A stretch of 64,000 bases of DNA, from contig CATQHZ020000001.1 of assembly GCA_958296135.2 (NCBI GenBank), positions 4,192,001 through 4,256,000 on the forward strand, written 5' to 3'. The first letter of the stretch is position 1. Each line of letters begins with the position of its first letter. A program made the position numbers and the translations under genes. Under the pieces are notes generated by a model. It worked only from the letters and a program-made list of their open reading frames with translations. It did no database searches and was not told the origin of the DNA. Shown one piece after another: positions 39,600 through 50,192 of the stretch. This DNA is from an uncultured Poribacteria bacterium. Lineage in GTDB: Bacteria > Poribacteria > WGA-4E > WGA-3G.

Positions 39600-40144
39600 T
39601 TGTTTTTTCTGCCTAGTGGTGGTTCAGCTGCGGCTGTGAATAGGAAAAGCCACATGCCTTTGAAACCCCTCTACGGGGTGCAATGTTTATGGACAGCGTC
39701 CACCTACCAGGCCCTCCATGTTGAAGTGCTGTGTCATCCTGCGCGCTGCAAAAGCGCGACATTTGCATCCTCCAATTCATTCGTAACTTAACTATAGCGT
39801 AATTGTTTTGAAAAATTGATAAAAATTTATGACAAATTCAATTTATTAGGGCCCCCGCGAACTCCCGCCCTGCACGAAAAACGCCCAAGGCTTTCTCTCT
39901 TGGCATCAGTATACCTTCAAACGTTTAACGTGTCAAACAATCTTTTAAAATAGCATAGGTATCCCGTCTTCAGTTTTTAATTTTGAAAAGCAACAACAGG
40001 CCCTTTCCTTAATGGGACAACTAAATGCCGCTGTGGGCTCACCCTAGGAGCACGTCCCAAAATCGCCATGCCTAAGAATTTTCTTGCATTAACCTTGCAC
40101 AATATGTTTTAATACGATAAACGCTTAAGGAGAACCTGAAACGA

Positions 40145-42751
40145 ATGGAAAATCATGGATATGCCCCCGCGGAAATCGAACCGCACTGGCAGGCAGTGTG
40201 GCGCGAACGCGAGGCATTCAAAGTGCCAAACGACATTCACATACTGAAACAGAAGCCCAAATTTTACGTGCTAGGCATGTTCCCTTATGCTTCCGGCGAA
40301 GGACTGCACATGGGGCACCCTAAAAACTATGTCCCCACCGATGTCTTCGCCAATTTCCGGCGCATGCAGGGGTATCACGTCATGCACCCGATGGGATGGG
40401 ATGCCTTCGGGCTGCCCACCGAACGAACCGCCGTGCGTGAAGATATACACCCCGCACACATCACTCAACGGAACACCGATACGTTCCGACAGCAAATACA
40501 ACGACTCGGCTTCTCATACGACTGGGCACGGGAAATCGATACCTCCGCGCCTGACTATTATAAATGGACGCAGTGGATGTTCCTCCGCCTTTACGAAAAA
40601 GGGTTGGCATACCTCGCTGATGTCCCTGTCAATTGGTGCCCCGCCCTCGGCACCGTCCTTTCTAACGAGGAAGTCAAAGACGGAAAATACGTCGACACCG
40701 GTGACCCGGTGGAACGCCGACTCATGCGCCAGTGGATGCTTAAAATCACCGCCTATGCCGAACGGCTCCTCGAAGCACTCGAAGCACTCGACTGGCCCGA
40801 TGGCCTCAAGGAAATGCAACGCCACTGGATCGGCAAGTCCGAGGGCGCGGATGTTCAATTTCGTGTTGTAGGAGAGACCTCGGGGCCCGACACTGATAAA
40901 ACCTTCACCGTCTTCACGACGCGGCCCGATACGCTCTTCGGTGCAACCTATTGCGTGCTGGCACCAGAGCATCCACTCGTCCCCGAAATCACATCGCCGG
41001 AACAGGAAGCCGCTGTCACCGCCTATGTCCAGGAAGCAGTCAACAAATCCGACTTGCAACGCACAGACCTGGCGACAGAGAAAACCGGCGTTTTCACGGG
41101 GGCTTATGCCATCAACCCGGCGAACGATGAACCTATCCCCATCTGGGTGGCGGACTATGTGCTGCTTACCTACGGCACGGGGGCCATCATGGCAGTGCCC
41201 GGCCATGACGAACGCGACCACGAGTTCGCCACAACGTTCGGTATACCCATCGTTGAGGTGATTCAGCCGCTCGAAGATGAAACGTCTCCCGGAGACGCGG
41301 TTTCCAAACGCGCGCCCTCGGCGGACTTACCCTTCGTCGGCGACGGCACCTGCGTCAACAGCGGTTTCCTCAACGGACTGCGCGTCGCTGATGCTAAGGA
41401 GAAGATGATTGCATGGCTAGAAAGGGACAAGAAAGGCGCGCGGCAAGTCCAATATCGCCTACGGGATTGGCTCTTCTCCCGGCAACGTTATTGGGGCGAA
41501 CCGTTTCCGCTGGCACACTGTGAAGATGGCAGCATCGTCCCACTATCCGATGAAGAACTGCCAGTCGAACTGCCGCCTGTCGATGCCTATAAACCGACAG
41601 CAGATGGCGAACCACCCCTCGCGCGCGCCGCAGACGAGTGGCTGAATATAACGCTCCCAGATGGACGGAAAGCGCGCAGGGAAACCAATATTATGCCGCA
41701 ATGGGCCGGTTCCTGCTGGTATTATCTCCGCTATCTGGACGCGCACAACACGGAGACACCGTGCGACAGCGAATTGGAACGCTACTGGATGCCGGTAGAT
41801 CTCTACATGGGCGGCACCGAACACGCCGTTCTACACCTACTTTACGCACGGTTTTGGCACAAAGTGCTTTACGACTGCGGACTCGTCTCAACGGAGGAAC
41901 CGTTCCAAGGCCTGGTAAATCAAGGGCTAATTCTCGCTGAATCTTATCAAGACGAGGCCGGCAAATACTACTACCCGCACCAAGTTGAGGAGAACGACGG
42001 CACGTTCATCGCGAAAGCCACCGGGACACCGCTCCTCGCGCAAATGGAGAAAATGTCCAAGTCAAAGTTAAACGGCATCAACCCCAACGATGTCATCGAT
42101 ACCTATGGCGCGGATGCCATCCGGCTCTACCTCCTGTTCATCGGACCGGTCACGGCGAGCACGCCGTGGCAAACCGCGGGGGTAGAAGGTGTCCATCGGT
42201 TCCTCCAGCGCATCTGGCGGCTCATCGTCAACGAAGAAAACGGCGAACTCAGCACGCGGCTCACCGATGCACCCGGCGAAAGCAACCCCGAACTCTGGCG
42301 CACACTGCACCAGACTATCAAGCAAGTCACCGAGGATACCGAGTCCATTGACAAGATGAACACCGCCGTGAGCGCGATGATGGTCTTCGTTAATAATGCA
42401 ACTCAAGCGGCGACACTCCCGAAGGAGACGCTCAAAGTCTTCCTGCGGCTCCTCGCGCCGTACGCGCCGCACATCGCGCAGGAATTGTGGCACCGCCTCG
42501 GCGAAGCGGAGCTCCTCGCGCATCAAACCTGGCCGAGACACGACGAACAGGTCCTCGCAGCGGCCACCGTGACGATTGTCGCACAAGTGAACGGCAAACT
42601 CCGCAACCGGCTCCAACTGCCTGTGGATGCTACCGACAAAGAGGTCCAAGAAGCCGCCCTCGCTGACGAACGCGTCCAGCGGTTTGTCGCAGGCAAGCCG
42701 ATCCGGAAGACCATCGTTGTGCGGAATCGGCTCATCAACATCGTCGTGTAG
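40145..42751 (+). CDS. leuS: Leucine--tRNA ligase
   Basis: HMGH (HIGH), GWDAFGLP, FTTRPDT, GTGAIMAVP, SRQRYWG, KMSKS. Confidence 0.98.
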   Translation: MENHGYAPAEIEPHWQAVWREREAFKVPNDIHILKQKPKFYVLGMFPYASGEGLHMGHPKNYVPTDVFANFRRMQGYHVMHPMGWDAFGLPTERTAVREDIHPAHITQRNTDTFRQQIQRLGFSYDWAREIDTSAPDYYKWTQWMFLRLYEKGLAYLADVPVNWCPALGTVLSNEEVKDGKYVDTGDPVERRLMRQWMLKITAYAERLLEALEALDWPDGLKEMQRHWIGKSEGADVQFRVVGETSGPDTDKTFTVFTTRPDTLFGATYCVLAPEHPLVPEITSPEQEAAVTAYVQEAVNKSDLQRTDLATEKTGVFTGAYAINPANDEPIPIWVADYVLLTYGTGAIMAVPGHDERDHEFATTFGIPIVEVIQPLEDETSPGDAVSKRAPSADLPFVGDGTCVNSGFLNGLRVADAKEKMIAWLERDKKGARQVQYRLRDWLFSRQRYWGEPFPLAHCEDGSIVPLSDEELPVELPPVDAYKPTADGEPPLARAADEWLNITLPDGRKARRETNIMPQWAGSCWYYLRYLDAHNTETPCDSELERYWMPVDLYMGGTEHAVLHLLYARFWHKVLYDCGLVSTEEPFQGLVNQGLILAESYQDEAGKYYYPHQVEENDGTFIAKATGTPLLAQMEKMSKSKLNGINPNDVIDTYGADAIRLYLLFIGPVTASTPWQTAGVEGVHRFLQRIWRLIVNEENGELSTRLTDAPGESNPELWRTLHQTIKQVTEDTESIDKMNTAVSAMMVFVNNATQAATLPKETLKVFLRLLAPYAPHIAQELWHRLGEAELLAHQTWPRHDEQVLAAATVTIVAQVNGKLRNRLQLPVDATDKEVQEAALADERVQRFVAGKPIRKTIVVRNRLINIVV

Positions 42752-42845
42752 GCTCGCAAGAACGTAGGGCGAGGGGCTGCCCTCGCCGTGCCATAGCACC
42801 CCGTAGGCGCGGCTTCAAACCGCGCCTCCGGCAAGGCGAAAATAT

Positions 42846-44603
42846 ATGAATCATAACATCGAAAACGTAGTCATCAACAACATCGATAACGGCACTGGTA
42901 GCGAGGTGTCAAACTACCAAAGAACGGATCTGAACACATTGCGAAATACAGAAATCTCTATCATCCCCTTGGGCGGGCTCGGCGAATTCGGTTTGAACAT
43001 GATGGTGTATGAAACCGACAACGACATCATCGTCATTGATACCGGGTTCATGTTACCAAGTTCCGATATGCCCGGGGTCGATCTGATTTTCCCGGACATC
43101 GGTTACCTCGTGGAACGCCGTGACAAAGTGCGCGGCATCCTCCTCACGCACGGCCACGAAGACCACATCGGCGCGTTAGCCTACGTGTTGCAGCAATTAG
43201 ATGTGCCTGTCTACGGCACGCAATTGACGCTCTCCATCGCCAGCGGCCGCCTGCGAGAATACGGCGTGTTCGGGAAAGCCCAACTGAATAGCATCGCCCC
43301 CGGCGATACGGTAACCCTCGGTGACTTTACCGCCGAGTTCATTCACGTCACGCACAGCATTCCGGACGCAGTCGCCATTGCACTGCGCACGCCCGCGGGG
43401 ATTATCGTCCACACCGGCGATTTCAAATTCGATACGACACCGGTTGATGGGAAGTTAACGGATATCCATACGCTCGCACGCCTCGGGGAGGAAGGCGTTC
43501 AACTGCTTGTTTCCGACAGCACTAACGCCAACTGGCCGGGACACACGGCATCGGAACGGAGCATCTACGACGCGATAGACACCATCTTCCAGAAAACGGA
43601 GCAGAAACTCTTCCTCTGCACCTTCTCTTCAAGCTTGCATCGCATTCAGCAGTTCATCGATTTGGCGGACACACATCGGCGGCTCATCGCTGTCACAGGA
43701 CGTTCGCTCATCAACAATGTCCGCACCGCCTCCGAGCTCGGCTACTTGAAAATTAACCCGGACTATCTGATAGATGCCCGCGATGCCTCGATGTTCAAAC
43801 CGCACGAAGTCGTCATTTTGAGCACCGGCAGCCAAGGCGAACCGCGCTCGGCGATGGCGTTGATGGCCCTCGATAATCACCCCTTTTTGAAGGTGGAACC
43901 CGGCGATACCGTCGTCATCTCCGCACGGATTATCCCCGGTAACGAAAAGTCCATCGGCCATGTCATCAACCACCTGCTCAAGCGCGGCGCGAAGATATTC
44001 CACGAACGGAACGCAAACGTGCATGTATCAGGACACGGGGCTAGCGAAGACCTGAAGTTGATGCTCAACCTGCTGCACCCCAAGTTTTTTATTCCGATGC
44101 ATGGCGAGTATCAGAACCTCGTGCGGCACGCCGAACACGCCGAATCTGTCGGAATCCCACACGAAAACATTAAAATCGCGGAAGACGGAGAACTCATTCG
44201 GTTGACGCGCGATACGTGTGAAGTATTCGGCAGAAAAGGACGCTCAGGACGCGTGCTGGTTGATGGCAAACCTGAAATTGAGTTGGAGGACATCGTCCTC
44301 CGCGACCGGATTACGCTCTCGCAAGATGGCATGGTAATCCCGATTATTGTCCTGCACAGCGACGCAGGCGCGGTTGCCACCGAACCGGAAATCGTATCCC
44401 GCGGCTTTGTCTACATGGACAAATCGGAGGAGTTGATCGATGAGGCGAAACAGATTACGCTGCGCGTCATCCAGAACCTGAGTGACGAACAGAAGGCCGA
44501 AACAGAGACAGTCCAAGACGAAATTCGGGGCGCGCTCCGCCGCTTTTTCGCAAAGCAAATGCAACGGAGCCCCCTTGTGCTCCCCGTTGTCATGCGCGTG
44601 TGA
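42846..44603 (+). CDS. rnj: Ribonuclease J
   Basis: PLGGLGEFG, THGHEDHIG, HSIPD, HTGDFK, GSQGEP, HVSGH, HGE. Confidence 0.96.
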   Translation: MNHNIENVVINNIDNGTGSEVSNYQRTDLNTLRNTEISIIPLGGLGEFGLNMMVYETDNDIIVIDTGFMLPSSDMPGVDLIFPDIGYLVERRDKVRGILLTHGHEDHIGALAYVLQQLDVPVYGTQLTLSIASGRLREYGVFGKAQLNSIAPGDTVTLGDFTAEFIHVTHSIPDAVAIALRTPAGIIVHTGDFKFDTTPVDGKLTDIHTLARLGEEGVQLLVSDSTNANWPGHTASERSIYDAIDTIFQKTEQKLFLCTFSSSLHRIQQFIDLADTHRRLIAVTGRSLINNVRTASELGYLKINPDYLIDARDASMFKPHEVVILSTGSQGEPRSAMALMALDNHPFLKVEPGDTVVISARIIPGNEKSIGHVINHLLKRGAKIFHERNANVHVSGHGASEDLKLMLNLLHPKFFIPMHGEYQNLVRHAEHAESVGIPHENIKIAEDGELIRLTRDTCEVFGRKGRSGRVLVDGKPEIELEDIVLRDRITLSQDGMVIPIIVLHSDAGAVATEPEIVSRGFVYMDKSEELIDEAKQITLRVIQNLSDEQKAETETVQDEIRGALRRFFAKQMQRSPLVLPVVMRV

Positions 44604-44716
44604 TTTACTGCCCCGGTAGGCGCGCCCCCTGGTCTCGATGCGTGCATCATTTACCACGCACCCCGTAGCGCGAGGGCCTGTCCCTCGCGATGCGTGCATC
44701 ATTTACCACACGCCCC

Positions 44717-44938
44717 GTAGCACGAGGGCCGTCACGGTCACGCCTACAGAAAATGTGCGTGTGTCGCCCCGCGTAAACACGGTCACGTCTACAGAAAATG
44801 TGCGTGTGTCGCCCCGCGTAAACACGGTCACGTCTACAGAAAATGTGCGTGTGTCGCCCCGCGTAAACACGCTACCTTACTTACTTTAACTTTGTCATCT
44901 CTGCAGCCTCGCTGCAGAGATGTCCACTGTCCCTCGCG
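44717..44938 (+). mobile_element. Composite REP-derived element, copy 2, with a triplicated 45-nt internal unit
   Basis: ggtcacg(c/t)ctacagaaaatgtgcgtgtgtcgccccgcgtaaacac at 44736, 44781 and 44826. Confidence 0.7.
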
Positions 44939-44961
44939 AGGCTACATCCTGGAAGAAATCT

Positions 44962-46365
44962 ATGCAATTAAAAACAATGTATGAAAAAATATGGGATGCG
45001 CATCTCGTGCGTGCAGACGCAGGCGAGGTGCCAATCCTCTATATTGACACGCACCTCGTGCACGAAGTCACATCACCACAGGCGTTTGAGGGATTGCGGC
45101 TCGCCAACCGAAAAGTGCGCCGCCCGGAACGCACCTTCGCCACGATGGATCACAACGTCCCGACGACAGACAGAACCTTGCCGGTCGCGGACCAGATTGC
45201 CGCCAAGCAGATGGAGACGCTCGCGGAAAACTGCGCCGAGTTTGACATCCCGCTCTACGACATCAATAGTCCCGACCAGGGTATCGTGCATGTCATCGGC
45301 CCGGAACTTGGCATCACGCAACCCGGCAAAACCATTGTGTGCGGGGATAGCCACACCTCAACACACGGCGCGTTAGGCGCGCTCGCCTTCGGTATCGGCA
45401 CCAGCGAAATCGAACACGTGCTTGCAACGCAGTGCCTATTGCAACAGAAATCGGAGACTTTTGAAATTCGCATCGATGGCACACTCCCCTACGGCGTAAC
45501 AGCCAAAGACATCATCCTCGCCATCATCGGACACATCGGGATTGATGGCGGCACCGGCGCAGTGGTTGAGTACACCGGGGAGGCCATCCGGGCACTCAGC
45601 ATCGAAGAACGGATGACGATTTGCAACATGTCCATTGAGGCAGGCGCGCGCGCCGGGATGATAGCCCCCGATGACAGCACCTATGAATACCTTGCAGGGA
45701 AACGCTTCGCACCGAAAGGCGCAGACTTCGATGCCGCCGTGGAACGCTGGAAACAACTCCCTACAGACGAGGCGGCAACTTACGACAAGACTTTGCAACT
45801 TGACGCAGCCGCCATCGCACCGCAGGTGACGTGGGGCACAAACCCAGGGATGGTAACCGATGTGACAGGACGCGTACCAGCTCCTGCAGAGATGTCCACC
45901 GACGACGAGAAGCGCGCTACCGAACATGCACTGGAATACATGGCACTCACCCCCGGCACGCCGATGACAGACATCGCCGTGGACAGAGTATTCATCGGCA
46001 GTTGCACGAATTCTCGCATCAGCGATTTGCGCGCCGCCGCCGAAGTCGCGAAAGGCAGAAAAGTCGCCGATACCGTCAGTGCGATGGTAGTCCCCGGGTC
46101 GCAGGCAGTCAAACGGCAAGCGGAGACGGAGGGCCTTGACGACATCTTCCGCGCAGCAGGTTTTGAATGGCGTGAGGCGGGTTGTAGCATGTGTCTCGGC
46201 ATGAACCCGGATACTCTCACGCCGGGCCAACGCTGTGCCAGCACATCGAATCGGAATTTTGAGGGACGGCAAGGCAAAGGCGGCCGCACGCATCTCGTCA
46301 GTCCACAGATGGCGGCAGCGACAGCCATCGCAGGCCACTTCGTCGACATCCGCACATTCCGGTAG
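44962..46365 (+). CDS. leuC: 3-isopropylmalate dehydratase large subunit
   Basis: [43 protein letters not shown]. Confidence 0.98.
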   Translation: MQLKTMYEKIWDAHLVRADAGEVPILYIDTHLVHEVTSPQAFEGLRLANRKVRRPERTFATMDHNVPTTDRTLPVADQIAAKQMETLAENCAEFDIPLYDINSPDQGIVHVIGPELGITQPGKTIVCGDSHTSTHGALGALAFGIGTSEIEHVLATQCLLQQKSETFEIRIDGTLPYGVTAKDIILAIIGHIGIDGGTGAVVEYTGEAIRALSIEERMTICNMSIEAGARAGMIAPDDSTYEYLAGKRFAPKGADFDAAVERWKQLPTDEAATYDKTLQLDAAAIAPQVTWGTNPGMVTDVTGRVPAPAEMSTDDEKRATEHALEYMALTPGTPMTDIAVDRVFIGSCTNSRISDLRAAAEVAKGRKVADTVSAMVVPGSQAVKRQAETEGLDDIFRAAGFEWREAGCSMCLGMNPDTLTPGQRCASTSNRNFEGRQGKGGRTHLVSPQMAAATAIAGHFVDIRTFR

Positions 46366-46585
46366 GAGAGCCCTCCCGCGTCTCGATTCTCTCCCGAGTA
46401 GATGCTCGCGGAATTGGCATCTGAAAAACGGTGGGCGCAGCTGTTTGCGGACTCCCAATGAGGAACATCGGCGCGGCGAAACGCAACCCCTGATTCCTTA
46501 ATCGTAGGGCGAGGGAAAACCCGGCGAGCGCGAATCGCCGAGGGTTCCCCTCGCCACGTTTATTTAATAGGAGGATACTAGAAAA

Positions 46586-47170
46586 ATGGAAGCATTCAAA
46601 GAACACGTGGGGCTCGTTGTCCCCCTTGACAGAATCAACGTTGACACCGATCAGATTATCCCGAAGCAATTCCTGAAACGCATCGAGCGGACCGGCTTCG
46701 GCGACTTCCTCTTTTACGACTGGCGGTATCTCGAAAACGGCGAACCGAACCCGGCGTTCGTGCTGAATCATTCGCGCTACCAACGCGCGAGCATCCTCAT
46801 CGCCGGTGTGAACTTCGGCTGCGGCAGTTCGCGCGAGCATGCGCCGTGGGCGTTGCAGCAATACGGATTCAAGGCGATTCTCGCGCCTTCGTTCGCCGAT
46901 ATCTTCCGCAATAACTGCTATAAGAACGGCATTCTGCCGATAACCCTCCCTGCCGAGGTCATCGCGGATTTGAGTGATGCGGCGCAAGTTACGGAGAGTT
47001 ACCGTTTGATGGTAGACTTGGAGGCGCAATCGGTTATCTGTCCCGATGGCACCGCGCACCCGTTTGAGATAGGCACTTTTGAGAAGCACTGCCTCCTCAA
47101 CGGGCTTGATGAAATCGGCTGGACGCTCCAGTTTGAGGCAGATATCGCCGCATTTGAAGCGGCAGAATAA
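46586..47170 (+). CDS. leuD: 3-isopropylmalate dehydratase small subunit
   Basis: [34 protein letters not shown]. Confidence 0.98.
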   Translation: MEAFKEHVGLVVPLDRINVDTDQIIPKQFLKRIERTGFGDFLFYDWRYLENGEPNPAFVLNHSRYQRASILIAGVNFGCGSSREHAPWALQQYGFKAILAPSFADIFRNNCYKNGILPITLPAEVIADLSDAAQVTESYRLMVDLEAQSVICPDGTAHPFEIGTFEKHCLLNGLDEIGWTLQFEADIAAFEAAE

Positions 47171-47400
47171 ATAAAAACGGGCAATGTTCCGGGAGGTCCC
47201 GCCTACCGAAATCAGATGCATCTGGTATGACTTCAAACCGACAAACCCGTCGTTTTCCAAGCCATCAGTGCGCCCCGGTAGGCGCGTCCTCCCGCGTCTC
47301 GATTTTTGTCGGCTCTCCCCGGTAGGAGGGACCTCCCGGTCCCGATGCCGAGAAAACGGCGTTCTCGTCAAAAACAGAATGCCTCTGACAAATCCGCGCA

Positions 47401-47446
47401 TTGACATTTATTATACTTTAGAGTATAATACTTTAGCGTATAATAA
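47401..47446 (+). promoter_or_regulatory. Consensus sigma70 promoter with tandem palindromic operator-like sites
   Basis: TTGACA-17 nt-TATAAT; TTATAC-N6-GTATAA followed by TAATAC-N6-GTATAA. Confidence 0.75.
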
Positions 47447-47551
47447 AACGGACGCGGAACACCCGGTAGACGCGCTTTCCAAGCCCGCCCGCTAGGAAGA
47501 ACGGAGTGACAAACCGCGCCTACCGGTAGGGCCAGCTATAGAGACAAACCC

Positions 47552-47990
47552 ATGTTCATCAACCGCGAACAAGAATTAACCTCCCTCGACCAAATGTGGC
47601 ACTCGGATGCCGCCGAATTCTTCGTCCTCTACGGCAGAAGACGCGTCGGGAAAACCGAGCTCCTCACCCAATTTTGCAAAGGCAAAAGGAGCATCTATTT
47701 TCTTGCCAGCCAACTGAAAGAACGGGACCAGCTGCGGCAGCTCACCGAAGCCGCACGATACGTCATCGAGGACGCGCTGCTCCACAGCCTCATTTGCGGA
47801 ATGCAAATGGTGGCATGCCCCGGTCGGCGAAAACGTGCTCAACCGTCTCATCGAAAATTCGCAGAAAGTCCCCGGTGCATGGCGGCAGCATCCCCGATAT
47901 CTACTATTTTCCCTCAGCGGTTGGACAGATGCTCTCAAACAGCGAGCGGCGAAAGAGGGAGTCTGCCTCATTGACGCAAACGCTTTATAG
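47552..47990 (+). pseudogene. Internally deleted archaeal-type ATPase (ATPase_2) + DUF234 nuclease gene
   Basis: MFINREQEL...YGRRRVGKT N-terminus joined near 47790 in a shifted frame to FAECKWW...YLLFSLSGWT, ending at TAG 47990. Confidence 0.8.
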
Positions 47991-47999
47991 GAACAAAAA

Positions 48000-49361
48000 A
48001 TGCCAAAACTGATTGTCAAAAATTTCATTCATATCCGCGAGGCGGAAATCGACATGGACAAAAAGCTCGTCGTTTTTATCGGTGAACAGGCGAGCGGCAA
48101 AAGCACCCTTGCGCGGCTGCTCTACTTTTTCCGCCACGTCACCTACGCCCTCCGCAAATGGGTCTGGATGGTGAATTGGGAAGGCGAGCAGCGGCTCAGT
48201 TCAGCGTTCTATCACCACCTCGCGCAGCAATTCCGCCTCTTTTTTGGCGAACTAACGCGCCTCGGGCCGTTTGAGATGACGTATCACTATACCGAGGAGA
48301 GTTCCGTCACCATCGCTTTAACGGACGATGGGCAACTCAACATCACGCTACCCGCGCCTATGGACGAGATGAACGAACTTTACGGGGAGTATCAAGAAGA
48401 ACTGCGCGACGCGAAGGCGAAGTCTCTCAAGGAGGGCGATGCCCGAGAAACTACGTTTACCCCCGGCGAACGGATGCTCATTGAAATCTTCCTCGGGGCA
48501 GGGATTAGCAGCATCTCCGAACGGCTCTTCGGCACGTATCTCAGCAGCCTCTATATCCCGGCAGACCGGCAGATTGTCTCAAACTATCCCGATGCCTTCA
48601 AACGTGTCTTCTACGGCGGCATCAAAAGGGATATCTTTGAACGCGACATAGAACGCAACCCCGCACCCGCCGCGCAGAGCTACTTACTGTCGCGGCTCCT
48701 GGAGAAAAACGAGGAGTTCTTGCAAACCTTTAACGAGCAAGACTACCATGCCCTCCTTGCCGAACGAACAAGCGATGAGGATGACGATGTTGATGCCGCA
48801 CCGGTAGAATTCCTCATGGAGAAGATGGCGCGCATCCTCAAAGGCACTTACGGACCGGCGGACGACAAAAAATCGATGTTCAATCAGCCTACCGGCGAAG
48901 GCTCGGTGCCGTTACAGGCAGCTTCAGCCGGTGAACAGAACGCGCTCCGCCTCCTCCAAGACATCTTCTTCACCGTGCTATATGATGAAGGCACATTTCG
49001 CGTCATCGAAGAACCGGAGGCAAGCCTCTATCCAACCGCGCAGAAGGAGCTGATCGAGATTATCGCGTTGATGCTGAACACGGCGAAATGCCAAGTGGTG
49101 CTGACAACGCATAGTCCGTATGTGTTGTCCGTGCTTCAAACCCTGCTGCGTGCGAAGCAAGCAATACAAAATCAGCCTACCGCAGCAGACCGGATAGCCG
49201 CACTTGCACCTGAACGCTGTTGGCTCTCTGCGGAAGATATTGCTGTCTATCAGTTGAAAGAGGGCGCGTGTCATTCCTTGATAGATGCCGAGAGCGAAGA
49301 GATTCTCCGCAATCCGCTAGCGGCGTTATTGACAGCATTTTCGCTTGACATTTCGGCGTGA
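48000..49361 (+). CDS. ABC-type AAA_15/AAA_21 ATPase (AbiEii/OLD/PtuA-like)
   Basis: GEQASGKST, YIPADR, ASAGEQ, VIEEPE..LYP, TTHSPY. Confidence 0.85.
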   Translation: MPKLIVKNFIHIREAEIDMDKKLVVFIGEQASGKSTLARLLYFFRHVTYALRKWVWMVNWEGEQRLSSAFYHHLAQQFRLFFGELTRLGPFEMTYHYTEESSVTIALTDDGQLNITLPAPMDEMNELYGEYQEELRDAKAKSLKEGDARETTFTPGERMLIEIFLGAGISSISERLFGTYLSSLYIPADRQIVSNYPDAFKRVFYGGIKRDIFERDIERNPAPAAQSYLLSRLLEKNEEFLQTFNEQDYHALLAERTSDEDDDVDAAPVEFLMEKMARILKGTYGPADDKKSMFNQPTGEGSVPLQAASAGEQNALRLLQDIFFTVLYDEGTFRVIEEPEASLYPTAQKELIEIIALMLNTAKCQVVLTTHSPYVLSVLQTLLRAKQAIQNQPTAADRIAALAPERCWLSAEDIAVYQLKEGACHSLIDAESEEILRNPLAALLTAFSLDISA

Positions 49362-49373
49362 ATTGGGTATCAT
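49345..49373 (+). promoter_or_regulatory. Sigma70 promoter of the lipoprotein cluster
   Basis: TTGACA-17 nt-TATCAT. Confidence 0.65.
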
Positions 49374-49510
49374 TTTATGCGTAAGGAACAAAGCGATTTT
49401 CGCGGTGGAAGCACATCTGCCTTCGCCGCTAACTTAACAGGATTGACGCAGAACGTCCCCAGTCGGCGCGATTTCAAACCGCGCCTACCGATTAAAAAAG
49501 GAACCGCATT

Positions 49511-50140
49511 ATGAACAAAACCGTTTTCAATTTCATGACTCTCCTCTGCATCGGGGCACTCGTGTGCCTCATGGGTTGCGGAAGTAAGCGCACTTCGCCG
49601 CTTGCACAACAATCACCACCGCCGCCACTGCCCGATCTGCCCGACTGGGTAGATAGCCCACCGCAGGATGACGACGAATTTCTTTACGTTGTCGAATCCG
49701 GCGCATCCCGCGACCTGGGCCGCGCGCAACGAAAAGCGATCCAAAACGCGAGAGCCGCCCTCGCACTGAAAATCGAGGCAGCTGTCACCGTCCTCGTCAA
49801 AAGTTTTGAGGAAGAAGTGGGCGGCGACGCGGCGAGCGCGGAGGCCAATGGGCTCTTCGCCCAAATCTCGAAGACCGTGGCGGATCAGCGGCTCGTCGGC
49901 TCGAGCCCTGCCAAAGTCCATCGGCTTCAGAACGCAGATGGACTTAGCAACACCGTTTACGTCTTGATGGAACTGCCGACCGGCATGCTCGGGGCTCAGG
50001 CTGTTGACACTATCAGCCGGGATAGGGCGTTATACAACCGCTGGCGCGCTTCAGAGGGGTTCAAGGAACTTGAGCACGCTGTCAAGGAAAAACGTGCACA
50101 AGATGGCGAGGAACAACCAGAAACCGGGGCAACGCCGTAA
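49511..50140 (+). CDS. LPP20-like lipoprotein
   Basis: Lipobox LMGC; PDWV...A..KA...ARAALA pattern. Confidence 0.75.
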   Translation: MNKTVFNFMTLLCIGALVCLMGCGSKRTSPLAQQSPPPPLPDLPDWVDSPPQDDDEFLYVVESGASRDLGRAQRKAIQNARAALALKIEAAVTVLVKSFEEEVGGDAASAEANGLFAQISKTVADQRLVGSSPAKVHRLQNADGLSNTVYVLMELPTGMLGAQAVDTISRDRALYNRWRASEGFKELEHAVKEKRAQDGEEQPETGATP

Positions 50141-50192
50141 CTCCTGCTAGGCGCGGGCACCGACCCGCGCCTCTCCGGCCCCAACGATAGCA

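Noticed and set aside
44364-44390. REP-like gcaggcgcggttgccaccg inside rnj
   Set aside because: Incomplete palindrome and no evident length insertion before IVSRGFVY; probably chance.
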